NCBI GenBank assembly: GCA_040757475.1
Contig: JBFLWW010000002.1
Coordinates: 23,818-87,817 of the forward strand
Length of the DNA stretch: 64,000 bases
DNA from: Nitrospirota bacterium
Lineage (GTDB): Bacteria > Nitrospirota > Thermodesulfovibrionia > Thermodesulfovibrionales > SM23-35
Direction: 5' to 3'
Shown: positions 1-8,906 of the stretch, in pieces
Layout of the letters: every line of letters begins with the position of its first letter
Position numbering within the stretch: position 1 is the stretch's first letter
Notes under the pieces: model-generated
Seen by the model: only the letters and a program-made list of their open reading frames with translations
The model's database searches: none
Told to the model about the DNA's origin: nothing
Made by a program: the position numbers and the translations under genes

Positions 1-24
1 TATAAACCCAAATGTTGCAGAAAG

Positions 25-807
25 ATGAGGGCACGGGTGCTGAGGATATTTCTAATAATCGCCTTTTTATCTATCTCTGCAAGTGCCTACTCCTTTATAT
101 CAGATGCTGAGATTGCAGCTTTTCAGAGGGAACTTGAAGGAAGGCCTGTTGGTGAACGAATTGCCTTCTGGGCAGAGAAGTTTATTGGCACTCCTTACGA
201 CCCTGACTCGCTCGGAGAATATGTGACTAAAAATGTGATTGTTGCTGACGAGCAGGTTGACTGCATGTATCTGAGCTTCAGAACGCTTGAGCTCAGCCTC
301 AGCAGAACCCCTTCTGAGGCTGTGCTGATTGCACTGGATAAACGCTTTATTGATAAAGGCAGGGTCGTAGATGGCAGGGTAATTAATTATGAGAACAGGT
401 TTCAATATGGCGAGGACATGCTCGATAGCGGAAAGTGGGGGAGGGAGATTACAGCACAGATAGGGGTATCTATAGTAGAGATAAAGGGTTCAAGGGGAAG
501 AGAAAAGATAAAGATTATTTCTAAAGAGACTATGCAGACCCTGCTGGATACCGTGATGTCTCCTCCTTTTAAGTGTGCACCCTACCTCCAGAGTGGTGAT
601 TTTATCTTTTTCATCAAAAGCCCTGACAAAAGGCTTGCTGGAGAAATAGTCGGGCATATAGGGATAGTTAAAAAAGAGGGAGATATTTTTTATCTGATCC
701 ATGCCAGCGGACTTAAGAACAGAGAAGGGGTAGTTAAAAAAGTTTTACTTTCTGATTATATAAAATCAATGCCTTTCATAGGGGTAAGGGTAAGCAGGTT
801 CGATTAG
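25..807 (+). CDS. Secreted DUF1460-like (NlpC/P60-fold, amidase-like) protein
   Basis: 260-aa ORF with an N-terminal signal peptide (MRARVLRIFLIIAFLSISASA). Motifs FIGTPYDPDSLGE, VDCMYL and GHIGIV..LIHAS match my recollection of DUF1460. No search was possible. Confidence 0.4.
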   Translation: MRARVLRIFLIIAFLSISASAYSFISDAEIAAFQRELEGRPVGERIAFWAEKFIGTPYDPDSLGEYVTKNVIVADEQVDCMYLSFRTLELSLSRTPSEAVLIALDKRFIDKGRVVDGRVINYENRFQYGEDMLDSGKWGREITAQIGVSIVEIKGSRGREKIKIISKETMQTLLDTVMSPPFKCAPYLQSGDFIFFIKSPDKRLAGEIVGHIGIVKKEGDIFYLIHASGLKNREGVVKKVLLSDYIKSMPFIGVRVSRFD

Positions 808-816
808 GCTCGCCCT

Positions 817-912
817 CTATTTATTCCGCCTCTGGAATTTTGTCTTCTTTCTCAGTTTTTTATGTTTATGCTTGCTCATCTTTTTCTTACGCCATTTTAC
901 AACACTTCCCAC
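817..912 (-). CDS. 31-aa highly basic peptide, bS22 / AURKAIP1-COX24-like (below the ORF-track cutoff)
   Basis: GTG at 912 lies 7 nt after GGAGGTGA. It translates MGSVVKWRKKKMSKHKHKKLRKKTKFQRRNK, with the stop at 817-819. It resembles actinobacterial bS22 as I remember it ([33 protein letters not shown]). Confidence 0.55.
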   Translation of the reverse strand: MGSVVKWRKKKMSKHKHKKLRKKTKFQRRNK

Positions 913-943
913 ATACTCACCTCCTTCTTTAAATGCCTCACCC

Positions 944-3900
944 TTAATCCGCTCGGCTCAAATCCCAAATGAAACTTTCAAGTAGATCCTTCTCTAAAGG
1001 GTCTCCATTGAAAGACAAGGTTAAAACTGGCAAGCCAGTATGCTGAGAGATAAGACTTAGCTGGGTTTCAGCAATTCTGGTCGGCATACACTCAAATGGA
1101 CCCACTATCACCGCTCCAGCAATCTCTCTTTTTTGCCAGAGCAACAAGGGCAAACCAATGGTCAGGGCCGCCTCACCAAGGGGTCTGAGTCTTCGGAGAT
1201 AGGGTTTAGCAGTCTTAAGAATCTCTTCAATTTTATGGTCCTCCGGCCAATCCAGTGACTTAGCAAATATCTTGTATAGCCTCTTTTCGATCATCCTCTG
1301 GAGGAACCAAGTTAAATAGACTTTCCGACGCCTGGTTTTGACAAGGGTCAATCTTTTTAAGCGTTGCCAAGTAGTATAATTTATCCATTCTCTAAAGGGA
1401 GCAAGCTTCACCTTAACATTCAGATCTTCCAATTCTCTAATTATATTATTATTAGAGAAATCGTCCAATCTGACATAAATCTCGCCTGTTAAGAGAACCT
1501 TCGGCTTTCCCTGTTTTGTCCTGTCTCTGGCAATCTTTTGGAAATCAGAAGCTGCTTGAAACGCCAAGGATTTCATTCCCCACAAATCATCCAAGCCAGA
1601 CCAATCGTTGGGGGTCTTTGAGATCATCTCTTCGGATTTTTTTAGATAATGATCAAAAACCTCCTGAGTTGAGCCAGAAATTTCCTCTTCTGGTCGAAGA
1701 TCAAATAGGGCATCCTTAAGGAGATCGGTAAAAACAACGGCTGACCAAAATTTGGCCATTATTGCCCCACCAGCTTCTTCCCCAAGTCGGTAACCAGTTT
1801 CTGAAGTCGGGGAGAGAACCTTGATTCTTTCAGCCAGCCCTAATTTTTCCAGAATTATTTTGGTCAATAATTGGTATTGACCAAATCGGCAAGGCCCCCC
1901 TGCTCGTGGCATAAAATAGTAAAAATCCTCTTGGTGAATTTTTGAATACTTAAGAAGAGAACCTAAAGTCACAATCATTGGTAGGCATTCTTTACCCGAA
2001 GTGTAAAGCCGTCCTATTTTCAAGCATTCCTCATCAGCCATTGGCAGAACCTCGCTATCGACTCCCAGAGCTCGGATACAGGCAGGAGCAATTCTTGTTC
2101 CTTCCCCCATCCAGGGAAACAGAATCTTGCTTTTGGTCCCTTTGACCTCAGTCAGCGAATCGCCTCTAATTTCAAAATGGTTGATATCAAAAAGTTGCTC
2201 TCTTTGCGGCTGCTGATAATTTCTGATGCCATATAAAAATGCCTCCACCCGGGTTTTAAAACCAGCCTGGCCAGTATAGGCATCGGTCTCTAAAACCGCA
2301 TAGGGCTTACCCTGGCTTAGATACTGGAAGAAATGAATCAGAAAACTGTCAGGCCCGCAGGAATAAACCGAAAGCCAAAGGGGATAGATCCCCGGTTGTT
2401 TTCTTATCTCATATGCTACTTTTAATAGTCTATGGCCATAGCCCCAGTAGATATCTCCGAGGACCGGACTTTGGCCAGCCAGAGGGTAACAATCAGCAGG
2501 CAAGGCTATCGCTCCCTTTTCCTGAATAGTCTCGGGAATACCAGCAGCCAATAAAGAGGAATGGACGATATAGGGATGTCCTAGAACGACAACTACTGGT
2601 AACAGGTGTTCTTTAGCAAACCTTATGCTTTCTTCTCCAATCCTGGCAAGATGTTCTTCAAACTCTCTCTGGGCCTTTACTGCCTTTTTAAAGGCAGAAA
2701 GGCTCTTGAGGGGGGAACTGCCGAGCCGAAGACCCAATTTTAAAAATTCCCACCGAGTCTTTTCATATCCCTCCTTAAAATTCAAGAGGGGTTGAAGGAC
2801 TCGAGTAGAGATTTTTGGAGAAAAGAGATCTGGCATTGCCTGAGATAGGGAGCAGACATAACACCGTTTTTCCTCTCGACCGGTAATTTCAATAACCTTG
2901 GGCAGGAAGACAAAATCTTTATCTTCAAGAAATTTTGCTTCGCCGGCCAGAAGCTGAAGGGGTGCACAAAATGCTGACTGGCAGAGTTTTGCTCCTTGTT
3001 CAAGGGATTGCAAACCGGCCGCTTCTGCCCTTTCAACTTTAAACCCTAGCTCTTGGAAAAAGGTAATAACCAGAGGTAAAATTTCTTCTGTTTCCAGACC
3101 GCGAGGAATACCGATAGTCTTGCCCTGCTGGATAGTAAACATCCTACGGGGCTTGGCTGATTTCTTAGAATCAACGATTAATCTCAAAATCAGCCTTTCT
3201 CTTTCCAGGAAGGGCCGTGGAGCCTGGGCTAAAATTGGACTCTTGCCAGTTTTCTCATATTTATCACAAGCCCCGCCCCAGAAAAACTTTCTCTCTTCCT
3301 TAACAGTTCTTACCGTTATCATTTGGATGGAACAGAGATTGCCTTCAAGACAGCCTTCTCTGGAGCGGCAACGAAATTCTTTTTTCTCTAAGACATAACT
3401 CTCCAGAAATCTCCTCAGATCTAAAGGAGGTTTATAAACCAGATCTTCACCAAATTCCTTTTTAGTTAGTATCGCAATCCCCAGAGCTCCCATACTGCCC
3501 GGCGATGGAGGGACAATAATTCTCCTGCCTGTTACCTTAGCCAGGGCACAAGCAAGAGATAGGTTTTCGGCCGGTTTGCCCTGAAGGAATATCTTTTGAC
3601 CATAATCCCTGAGGCCTTTTACCCGATTATTATAATTAAGAATAATCGAGTAATAGAGTCCAGCGGTAATCTCCTCCAGGGTCGCTCCTTTTCTTTTAAC
3701 ATCATCAATCTGTTCGGAAATAAAGACGGCGCAGTATTGTCCAAGCTCAACTAAACGGGGAGATTCCAAGGCCATCTGACCAAGCTGCCTTACATCGTTA
3801 ATACCCAGAAGTTGAAGTTGTTCGGCCAGAAAAGAACCGGTCCCAGCTGAACAAACAGTGTTCATACAAGAATCAATTACCCGGCCAGCTTCTAAACGGA

Positions 3901-5140
3901 TAAATTTGGCATCCTGCCCTCCGATGTCTACCACTGTATCAACCTCGTTATCATAATAGAAGGCACCTTGAGCATGGGCGGCAATTTCATTAAGAACGAA
4001 GATCTGCTCCTGGTTTCCCTCAGGCAGGGAACTCTTTAAGAGATTGCCTACAATCTCCCGACCGGAACCAGTACAGCCAATTGCCTTAATCACTCTTAAA
4101 TATCTGGCCGGAATCTGCTGGACCAGATCTTTTGCAGCCTGAACTGGTTGGCCTTTGGTCTCTGTGTAGGCCTCAAAAACCGGCCCCTTATGGCTGAGGA
4201 TAACCAGCTTTGAACCTGTCGACCCAATATCTAAACCCATGATTAGACTCTCCAACGAATCTTCTTTAAATTCGGGAGGTCTAATTTTATTCACCAGGTT
4301 CAGGTAATTCTTAAGGCCGGGCAGGTATACGAGAGGTGAGACCTGAGCTTTGTTTTGGGGCAAAGAAAAATCTTTGTCTTTTGACATCCTTGCCCCAACT
4401 AAGGCTGCACCTAGGGCCTCAAAATACAAGGCCTGAGGCGGCGCTTCCACCCTGACTCTTGGAGAAAGACCCTCAAAGATTCCTTGAATGGTTCTGATAA
4501 TTCGCTTGGAGGCTGAAAGCCCTCCGATGACTATGACCTGAGGAGATATCTCGGTTTTCAAAGCCAAAGCCACAGCATTTTTAGCCGAAGAATCCAGCAA
4601 CCCGGCGACTACTTCTTTAATCTTATGACCCTGATTTAAAAGATGGGTAAAGTCGGTCTTCATCGTTACCCCACAACGCGAGGTAATTTCCAAACCTTTG
4701 ACTCCTTCCGCTTTTTGATCAGCCTTAGGGAGATCTAAACCAACCCTGGCAAAAATCTGATCTAAGAAGCTACCTACCCCAGCAGCACAGCGAGGATTTC
4801 GTCTAAATTCGCTCGCCCCGGAGGTTTTAACCTTAAGTACGGAAAAACCTCCACCGCCTAATTTAACAACTGATATATCCTGGTCAGGGTAGAGAAATCG
4901 CGTTGCTTCTTCTTGTGCCACTTTTTCAACGACCTGAGGAAAATCCAGGATCTGACGCAGGCGACCGGTGACGATTATCAGGTCTTTTCCTGTGATCTGC
5001 CATTCGGTTTTAAGTCTCTGCCAGATTTTTTCGAATTCCTGCTGATGGACTTGCCAGAAAGTCTCTTTAATCCGTTGACCGTTATCCAACCAAACTGCCT
5101 TAAAACTTACTTTACCTATATCGACCCCGATTACCCTCAT
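944..5140 (-). CDS. Giant acyl-CoA dehydratase activase-type fusion protein (2x BadF/BadG/BcrA/BcrD-type ATPase plus 2x DUF2229/dehydratase-like modules)
   Basis: 1398-aa ORF. It has two ASKHA-fold ATPase starts (MRVIGVDIGK..., LIMGLDIGSTGSKLV...). The size and architecture are typical of proteins annotated as 'CoA-substrate-specific enzyme activase'. Confidence 0.7.
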   Translation of the reverse strand: MRVIGVDIGKVSFKAVWLDNGQRIKETFWQVHQQEFEKIWQRLKTEWQITGKDLIIVTGRLRQILDFPQVVEKVAQEEATRFLYPDQDISVVKLGGGGFSVLKVKTSGASEFRRNPRCAAGVGSFLDQIFARVGLDLPKADQKAEGVKGLEITSRCGVTMKTDFTHLLNQGHKIKEVVAGLLDSSAKNAVALALKTEISPQVIVIGGLSASKRIIRTIQGIFEGLSPRVRVEAPPQALYFEALGAALVGARMSKDKDFSLPQNKAQVSPLVYLPGLKNYLNLVNKIRPPEFKEDSLESLIMGLDIGSTGSKLVILSHKGPVFEAYTETKGQPVQAAKDLVQQIPARYLRVIKAIGCTGSGREIVGNLLKSSLPEGNQEQIFVLNEIAAHAQGAFYYDNEVDTVVDIGGQDAKFIRLEAGRVIDSCMNTVCSAGTGSFLAEQLQLLGINDVRQLGQMALESPRLVELGQYCAVFISEQIDDVKRKGATLEEITAGLYYSIILNYNNRVKGLRDYGQKIFLQGKPAENLSLACALAKVTGRRIIVPPSPGSMGALGIAILTKKEFGEDLVYKPPLDLRRFLESYVLEKKEFRCRSREGCLEGNLCSIQMITVRTVKEERKFFWGGACDKYEKTGKSPILAQAPRPFLERERLILRLIVDSKKSAKPRRMFTIQQGKTIGIPRGLETEEILPLVITFFQELGFKVERAEAAGLQSLEQGAKLCQSAFCAPLQLLAGEAKFLEDKDFVFLPKVIEITGREEKRCYVCSLSQAMPDLFSPKISTRVLQPLLNFKEGYEKTRWEFLKLGLRLGSSPLKSLSAFKKAVKAQREFEEHLARIGEESIRFAKEHLLPVVVVLGHPYIVHSSLLAAGIPETIQEKGAIALPADCYPLAGQSPVLGDIYWGYGHRLLKVAYEIRKQPGIYPLWLSVYSCGPDSFLIHFFQYLSQGKPYAVLETDAYTGQAGFKTRVEAFLYGIRNYQQPQREQLFDINHFEIRGDSLTEVKGTKSKILFPWMGEGTRIAPACIRALGVDSEVLPMADEECLKIGRLYTSGKECLPMIVTLGSLLKYSKIHQEDFYYFMPRAGGPCRFGQYQLLTKIILEKLGLAERIKVLSPTSETGYRLGEEAGGAIMAKFWSAVVFTDLLKDALFDLRPEEEISGSTQEVFDHYLKKSEEMISKTPNDWSGLDDLWGMKSLAFQAASDFQKIARDRTKQGKPKVLLTGEIYVRLDDFSNNNIIRELEDLNVKVKLAPFREWINYTTWQRLKRLTLVKTRRRKVYLTWFLQRMIEKRLYKIFAKSLDWPEDHKIEEILKTAKPYLRRLRPLGEAALTIGLPLLLWQKREIAGAVIVGPFECMPTRIAETQLSLISQHTGLPVLTLSFNGDPLEKDLLESFIWDLSRAD

Positions 5141-5151
5141 CCTTATTAAAA

Positions 5152-5250
5152 TTAAGCAAGTCCGGTGCAGCTGTAGAGCCTGTTTCTCTTTTCATCAAAG
5201 ACAACAAGCTTTACGCTGACAGACCCTGCATCAAGCCCGATGAATTTCAT
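5152..5250 (-). pseudogene. 32-codon N-terminal remnant of a second BadF/BcrA-type activase ATPase
   Basis: It translates MKFIGLDAGSVSVKLVVFDEKRNRLYSCTGLA*. This is a canonical phosphate-1 start of the same ATPase family as the adjacent gene, cut off after 32 aa. Confidence 0.5.
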
Positions 5251-5387
5251 AATAGAGCCCAACAGAATATTTTAGACATTATACCATCAAATAGATGTGA
5301 TTATGAGAAATTAGTTGAAACTTGAGAGTTAGGGTTCAACTGACTATTATAAATGGCGGGGCGAGAAGTTTAGGAACTTCCGGACTG

Positions 5388-5789
5388 CTAAGGAATTTTA
5401 GTAAATCCATATTGCGTAAAGTGTACATCAAAAGAAAATGCAGTTCTAATCTTTAATCGTTCCATCAGAGCAAAACTTGTGCAGTCAGTGAAGGAAAATT
5501 CCTTATCGTCGTATTTCTCAAGAATTTTCCAACCTCTATCCCAGTCACTTTTTGTAATAGGCTCGATTTTGAGAAAAGAGATTGAGTTTAAAATATTTCC
5601 GAACCTTACCGTAGCTTTGGCACCTACAGTCTGTGAAAGAAGGTTATAGGTTTCAACCAGAATCAAGTCAGATGTGATTAGCTCCTCTTTTTTTAGAATA
5701 AGACCTGTATATTGTTTGCTTGCTTCTTCTGCATACTGGTCGTTTTTGTCAGCAATTGCAACCCATGCACCCGTATCAACAAATATCAT
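5388..5789 (-). CDS. vapC: PIN-domain toxin (VapC-like)
   Basis: 133 aa. The N-terminus [17 protein letters not shown] carries the PIN acidic residue and there is a C-terminal FTDCTSF motif. It overlaps the upstream antitoxin ORF by 4 nt. Confidence 0.75.
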   Translation of the reverse strand: MIFVDTGAWVAIADKNDQYAEEASKQYTGLILKKEELITSDLILVETYNLLSQTVGAKATVRFGNILNSISFLKIEPITKSDWDRGWKILEKYDDKEFSFTDCTSFALMERLKIRTAFSFDVHFTQYGFTKIP

Positions 5790-6028
5790 CGTTTTATTTT
5801 CTTTAACAGTTGGCGTCTTTTTCCATAAAGATATTCATCATGCCTTAGTGCAGTATCTTTGAAACTGCTTCCCCCTATTCCTATGATGCTCAGAGCTTTC
5901 TTAGTCGCATCATCCATCTCGGCTTTTCTCAAGATGGTTAGTTCAACTTTCTCGTGTTCGCCCAGACGTACCTTTTTAATTGGCTTAAAAACCCCGTTTT
6001 CATATATAGCCTCTACGGTTTTTGGCAC
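5786..6028 (-). CDS. Antitoxin (DUF104/AF2212-like N-terminus) paired with VapC
   Basis: 80 aa. [16 protein letters not shown]...VELTI is the DUF104-type antitoxin motif. GGAGG lies upstream of the GTG start. It is translationally coupled to the PIN gene. Confidence 0.6.
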   Translation of the reverse strand: MPKTVEAIYENGVFKPIKKVRLGEHEKVELTILRKAEMDDATKKALSIIGIGGSSFKDTALRHDEYLYGKRRQLLKKIKR

Positions 6029-6102
6029 CTGTATTCCGCCTCCTTTCTTAAAAATTAGTTTATTTTATCATAAATACCTGCTGTGAGTTATACAGAAAAA
6101 AT

Positions 6103-6423
6103 CTATCTGACAACAGCCCTGAGAACCTTCAGTCCAAGGCGAAGTTTGTCGGGGTCAGCTTCTTTGAGCAGTACATTTATGTTTTCCTTAAGTTCCTTGG
6201 GGCTTTTTGCCTGATGTGCAAACTCAAAGAAGTCTTTTAGTTCAACGTTTAATGCCACAGCGATTCTTTCTAATACATCAAGAGAAGGATAGCTTCTACC
6301 GACTTCTATCCTGCTTAGATGTTTAGAGTCAATATCTACCATTTCAGAAAGTTGGTCTTGCGTTAGTCCTCTTGTTTTCCGTAATTCCTTTATCCTTGCC
6401 CCGAGCAATTCTTTGGTTCTCAT
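6103..6423 (-). CDS. XRE-family helix-turn-helix transcriptional regulator
   Basis: 106 aa. LGARIKELRKTRGLTQDQLSEMVDIDSKHLSRIEVGRSYPSLDVLERIAVAL is a classic HTH_3/Cro-C1 motif. Confidence 0.8.
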   Translation of the reverse strand: MRTKELLGARIKELRKTRGLTQDQLSEMVDIDSKHLSRIEVGRSYPSLDVLERIAVALNVELKDFFEFAHQAKSPKELKENINVLLKEADPDKLRLGLKVLRAVVR

Positions 6424-6495
6424 AAAACCTCCCTAATTATACAAATCATCAACTTTTCAGAGAGGCTTTAGAACAACATAAAATGACGAATAATA

Positions 6496-6526
6496 TTGAC
6501 ATTTTCTACATTTAATGTAGTATAAT
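6496..6526 (+). promoter_or_regulatory. Sigma70-like promoter with an embedded operator palindrome
   Basis: TTGACA (6496-6501), a 19-nt spacer, then TATAAT (6521-6526). The spacer holds the perfect palindrome CTACATT-T-AATGTAG (6506-6520). The site lies in the divergent region next to the XRE gene. Confidence 0.45.
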
Positions 6527-6645
6527 CTGCTTTAAAGATGGGGTTTATTTAGATTATTCGACTTTTAAAAGGGGGTGAGATATCCAAGAAAGTTAAGAAA
6601 TGGGATTAAAAAAATATCGATATTGAAAAAGGCTCACCTGTAGGT

Positions 6646-7599
6646 TTGATCTTTGTTGGGGCAACCAACAATTATCTGGGATACCTCACTTTAGGAAGTG
6701 GCATAGACTCATTACCCCTCACTAAGCTTAGTTCTGGTGTTAACACTATTGATTTACAAACCCTCTCTTCTTCTGGCTTAATTGTGGAGCCTTCTCACAA
6801 TCCTATAGGCCCTGAGTTACTACCGTTAACTCCTGAGGAGCAAACTGCTATAGCTCAAAGTGATGACTTCTTTGCCTCTATTATAAAAAATCCTGATGTG
6901 GACGGTAATGGAACATTAGATTTCCTCGAAGGAAAGTTTTTCAATCTCCAGATTCTCTATTACATAACTGGGGGCAATTTCGCAGGCAATCTTATTCCAA
7001 CAGTCACCACGCCTGCATATATTACCGGTTATAAATTTGCCTTTGGTGCTAAAGATACCGATCGTCCTGATGCCGTATATTTTACAGGCCCCACAGGTTC
7101 TGGACTCTCAAGCTCTCTATCTGAACAGCCTAATGTGTATACTGATAGCACCACATACTTTTCGCCCTATGTAACTAACCCAGTGATTCCACCAGCAGGA
7201 CAATATACTGTATCTTACAAAACCAGTACATTAGCATTTAGCATTTCTGACCAGTCGTCTGCGCCATCTAACGTTGTAATGGCTGTGCCAACTGTAACCT
7301 TGAACGGGGATGGAACTATTCAGAAGATTAGTTGGGTTTATAAGCTTGGAAGCGGAGCTTCAGCAACATTGGATCCTCAAGCTGTTATTAGCGATATTGA
7401 ATTACAGATAGAGGGGAGTGGAACACCGTGCAGTAATTATCCACAGCAAGGAAGAATATATAATTCTGGAAGTCTTTCTGCAACCACAACAGAACATGTG
7501 CTCACTTGTCAGAATCTGAGCTGGTTAAATGTCATTCGGATAGGTATGGCATACAATGATGTCTATGGTAATCACAATGTTGTTACTTATAGCAGATAA
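6646..7599 (+). CDS. Hypothetical protein (no signal peptide; possible Ca-binding DVDGNGTLD loop)
   Basis: 317-aa ORF opening with TTG. No convincing RBS or N-terminal targeting signal. It may be 5'-truncated. Confidence 0.4.
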   Translation: MIFVGATNNYLGYLTLGSGIDSLPLTKLSSGVNTIDLQTLSSSGLIVEPSHNPIGPELLPLTPEEQTAIAQSDDFFASIIKNPDVDGNGTLDFLEGKFFNLQILYYITGGNFAGNLIPTVTTPAYITGYKFAFGAKDTDRPDAVYFTGPTGSGLSSSLSEQPNVYTDSTTYFSPYVTNPVIPPAGQYTVSYKTSTLAFSISDQSSAPSNVVMAVPTVTLNGDGTIQKISWVYKLGSGASATLDPQAVISDIELQIEGSGTPCSNYPQQGRIYNSGSLSATTTEHVLTCQNLSWLNVIRIGMAYNDVYGNHNVVTYSR

Positions 7600-7632
7600 C
7601 AAAACGGTGGAGTCAATGCGTGAATAGGTTAT

Positions 7633-7678
7633 GGTCAGGTCTTGTTTCTTGCAAAAAAGCAAAATGCAAGACCTGACC
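7633..7678. terminator. Hairpin (12-bp stem) after the orphan ORF
   Basis: GGTCAGGTCTTG (7633-7644) pairs with CAAGACCTGACC (7667-7678). There is no clear U-tract. Confidence 0.35.
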
Positions 7679-7741
7679 CCTCGTTGCAGTTAACTTTTGG
7701 ATTTTGACATCTTTTATCCCTTATTGCTATTCTTTCATAAA

Positions 7742-8629
7742 ATGAGAATGTATAAGGTGAATTTCAGCCTGAGAGAGCCGAAGGTGATATTCCTGATTAA
7801 TACATGTATGGGGATACTTCTGATTTTTGCAATTCTCTTTTTTGTCAGAGACATTATTTCAATCTCAATAAGCCATGATAGAAAAACTCCGATGCATGCG
7901 GAGAAATTCAGTCCTACAAGGACAAGTGCCGTGTCCCTGCAGGATTATGCACCTATACTTAAAAATAACCCTTTTGGTTTTCCCGGAGGCGAATTGAAAC
8001 CCATTATTGTCTCATCAGGAGAGGCATCAATCTCAAGGACAGATATATCCCTTATAGGAACTGTTTCAGGGCCAGAAAGTCTGAGCTATGCAATCTTTGC
8101 TGATAAGACAGGCTTTCAGGATGTTTTCAGGGTAGGTAATCCTGTTTTTGGTCTCGGAACCCTAAAAAAGGTTGAAAAGGATAGGGTATTTATAAGTAGC
8201 AGTGGCAGGGATATAGAGATTCCAATAGCAGAGATAACAACAATAAGAGAGATTAAAAGACCACCTACAGGTGAGACAGCTTCTGCTGGTTTTGCGCGGA
8301 AGACGGGTGAGGGAGTCTATACAGTTGACCAGAGAAGGGTTCAACAGGCAATAGAAAACCCCAACCAGATTATGACTGATGCCAGGCTCCTACCAAATAT
8401 TGTTGAAGGCAAACAGGAGGGATTTGTATTAAGGGAGGTGAGGCCTAATGGAATATATCAGAGCCTCGGTCTTCAGAATGGTGATGTCCTTTTAAGGATA
8501 AATGAGTATAATATCTCTAATCCTGAAGCTGCACTTCAGGCATTCACAGCACTTAAGGGGATGGACAGGGTTCAACTTGATATTGTAAGAGTCGGGGCAA
8601 AGATGACTATGACATATCAAATAAGGTAG
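7742..8629 (+). CDS. gspC: Type II secretion system protein C (N-terminal TM, HR region, C-terminal PDZ)
   Basis: The TM segment is VIFLINTCMGILLIFAILFFV. The C-terminal PDZ-like block is GFVLREVRPNGIYQSLGLQNGDVLLRINEYNIS. The start is uncertain (TTG 7697 or ATG 7742). Confidence 0.7.
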   Translation: MRMYKVNFSLREPKVIFLINTCMGILLIFAILFFVRDIISISISHDRKTPMHAEKFSPTRTSAVSLQDYAPILKNNPFGFPGGELKPIIVSSGEASISRTDISLIGTVSGPESLSYAIFADKTGFQDVFRVGNPVFGLGTLKKVEKDRVFISSSGRDIEIPIAEITTIREIKRPPTGETASAGFARKTGEGVYTVDQRRVQQAIENPNQIMTDARLLPNIVEGKQEGFVLREVRPNGIYQSLGLQNGDVLLRINEYNISNPEAALQAFTALKGMDRVQLDIVRVGAKMTMTYQIR

Positions 8630-8753
8630 AAGGGAAAAGGCGGGTATTTTTACCTTGACATGTAGTAGAATATTACCATGAAATTTCATCAAGAAAGCAA
8701 TAAAGAAAAATTCTTCTTGTAAAAAATAAATCTAAGAGGAAGGAGGTGTGAGC

Positions 8754-8873
8754 ATGAAGAGGATGATTCTGACGATAATTATAATTATAATGACCACCTT
8801 TGCAGTAGTTTCATTGAGTGGCTGCGGTGATGGTGGTGGTGCAGGCTCAGGGGTATCTGGGAGTGGAACCTAA
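8754..8873 (+). CDS. Tiny lipoprotein (39 aa; mature part is 16 Gly/Ser-rich residues)
   Basis: AGGAGG precedes the ATG. It translates MKRMILTIIIIIMTTFAVVSLSGC-GDGGGAGSGVSGSGT* and has an LSGC lipobox. It is not in the ORF track. Confidence 0.5.
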   Translation: MKRMILTIIIIIMTTFAVVSLSGCGDGGGAGSGVSGSGT

Positions 8874-8906
8874 ACTTAAAGACAGTAACGAGTGAAAGGA
8901 GGAAAA

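Noticed and set aside
6600-6648. An A7 run (6608-6614) upstream of the 317-aa orphan ORF as a slippage site. A -1 change would fuse ATG 6600 (MGLK…) to the ORF.
   Set aside because: The extension adds only about 15 residues without a signal peptide or recognisable domain, and there is no good RBS. It is not convincing as programmed or phase-variable frameshifting.
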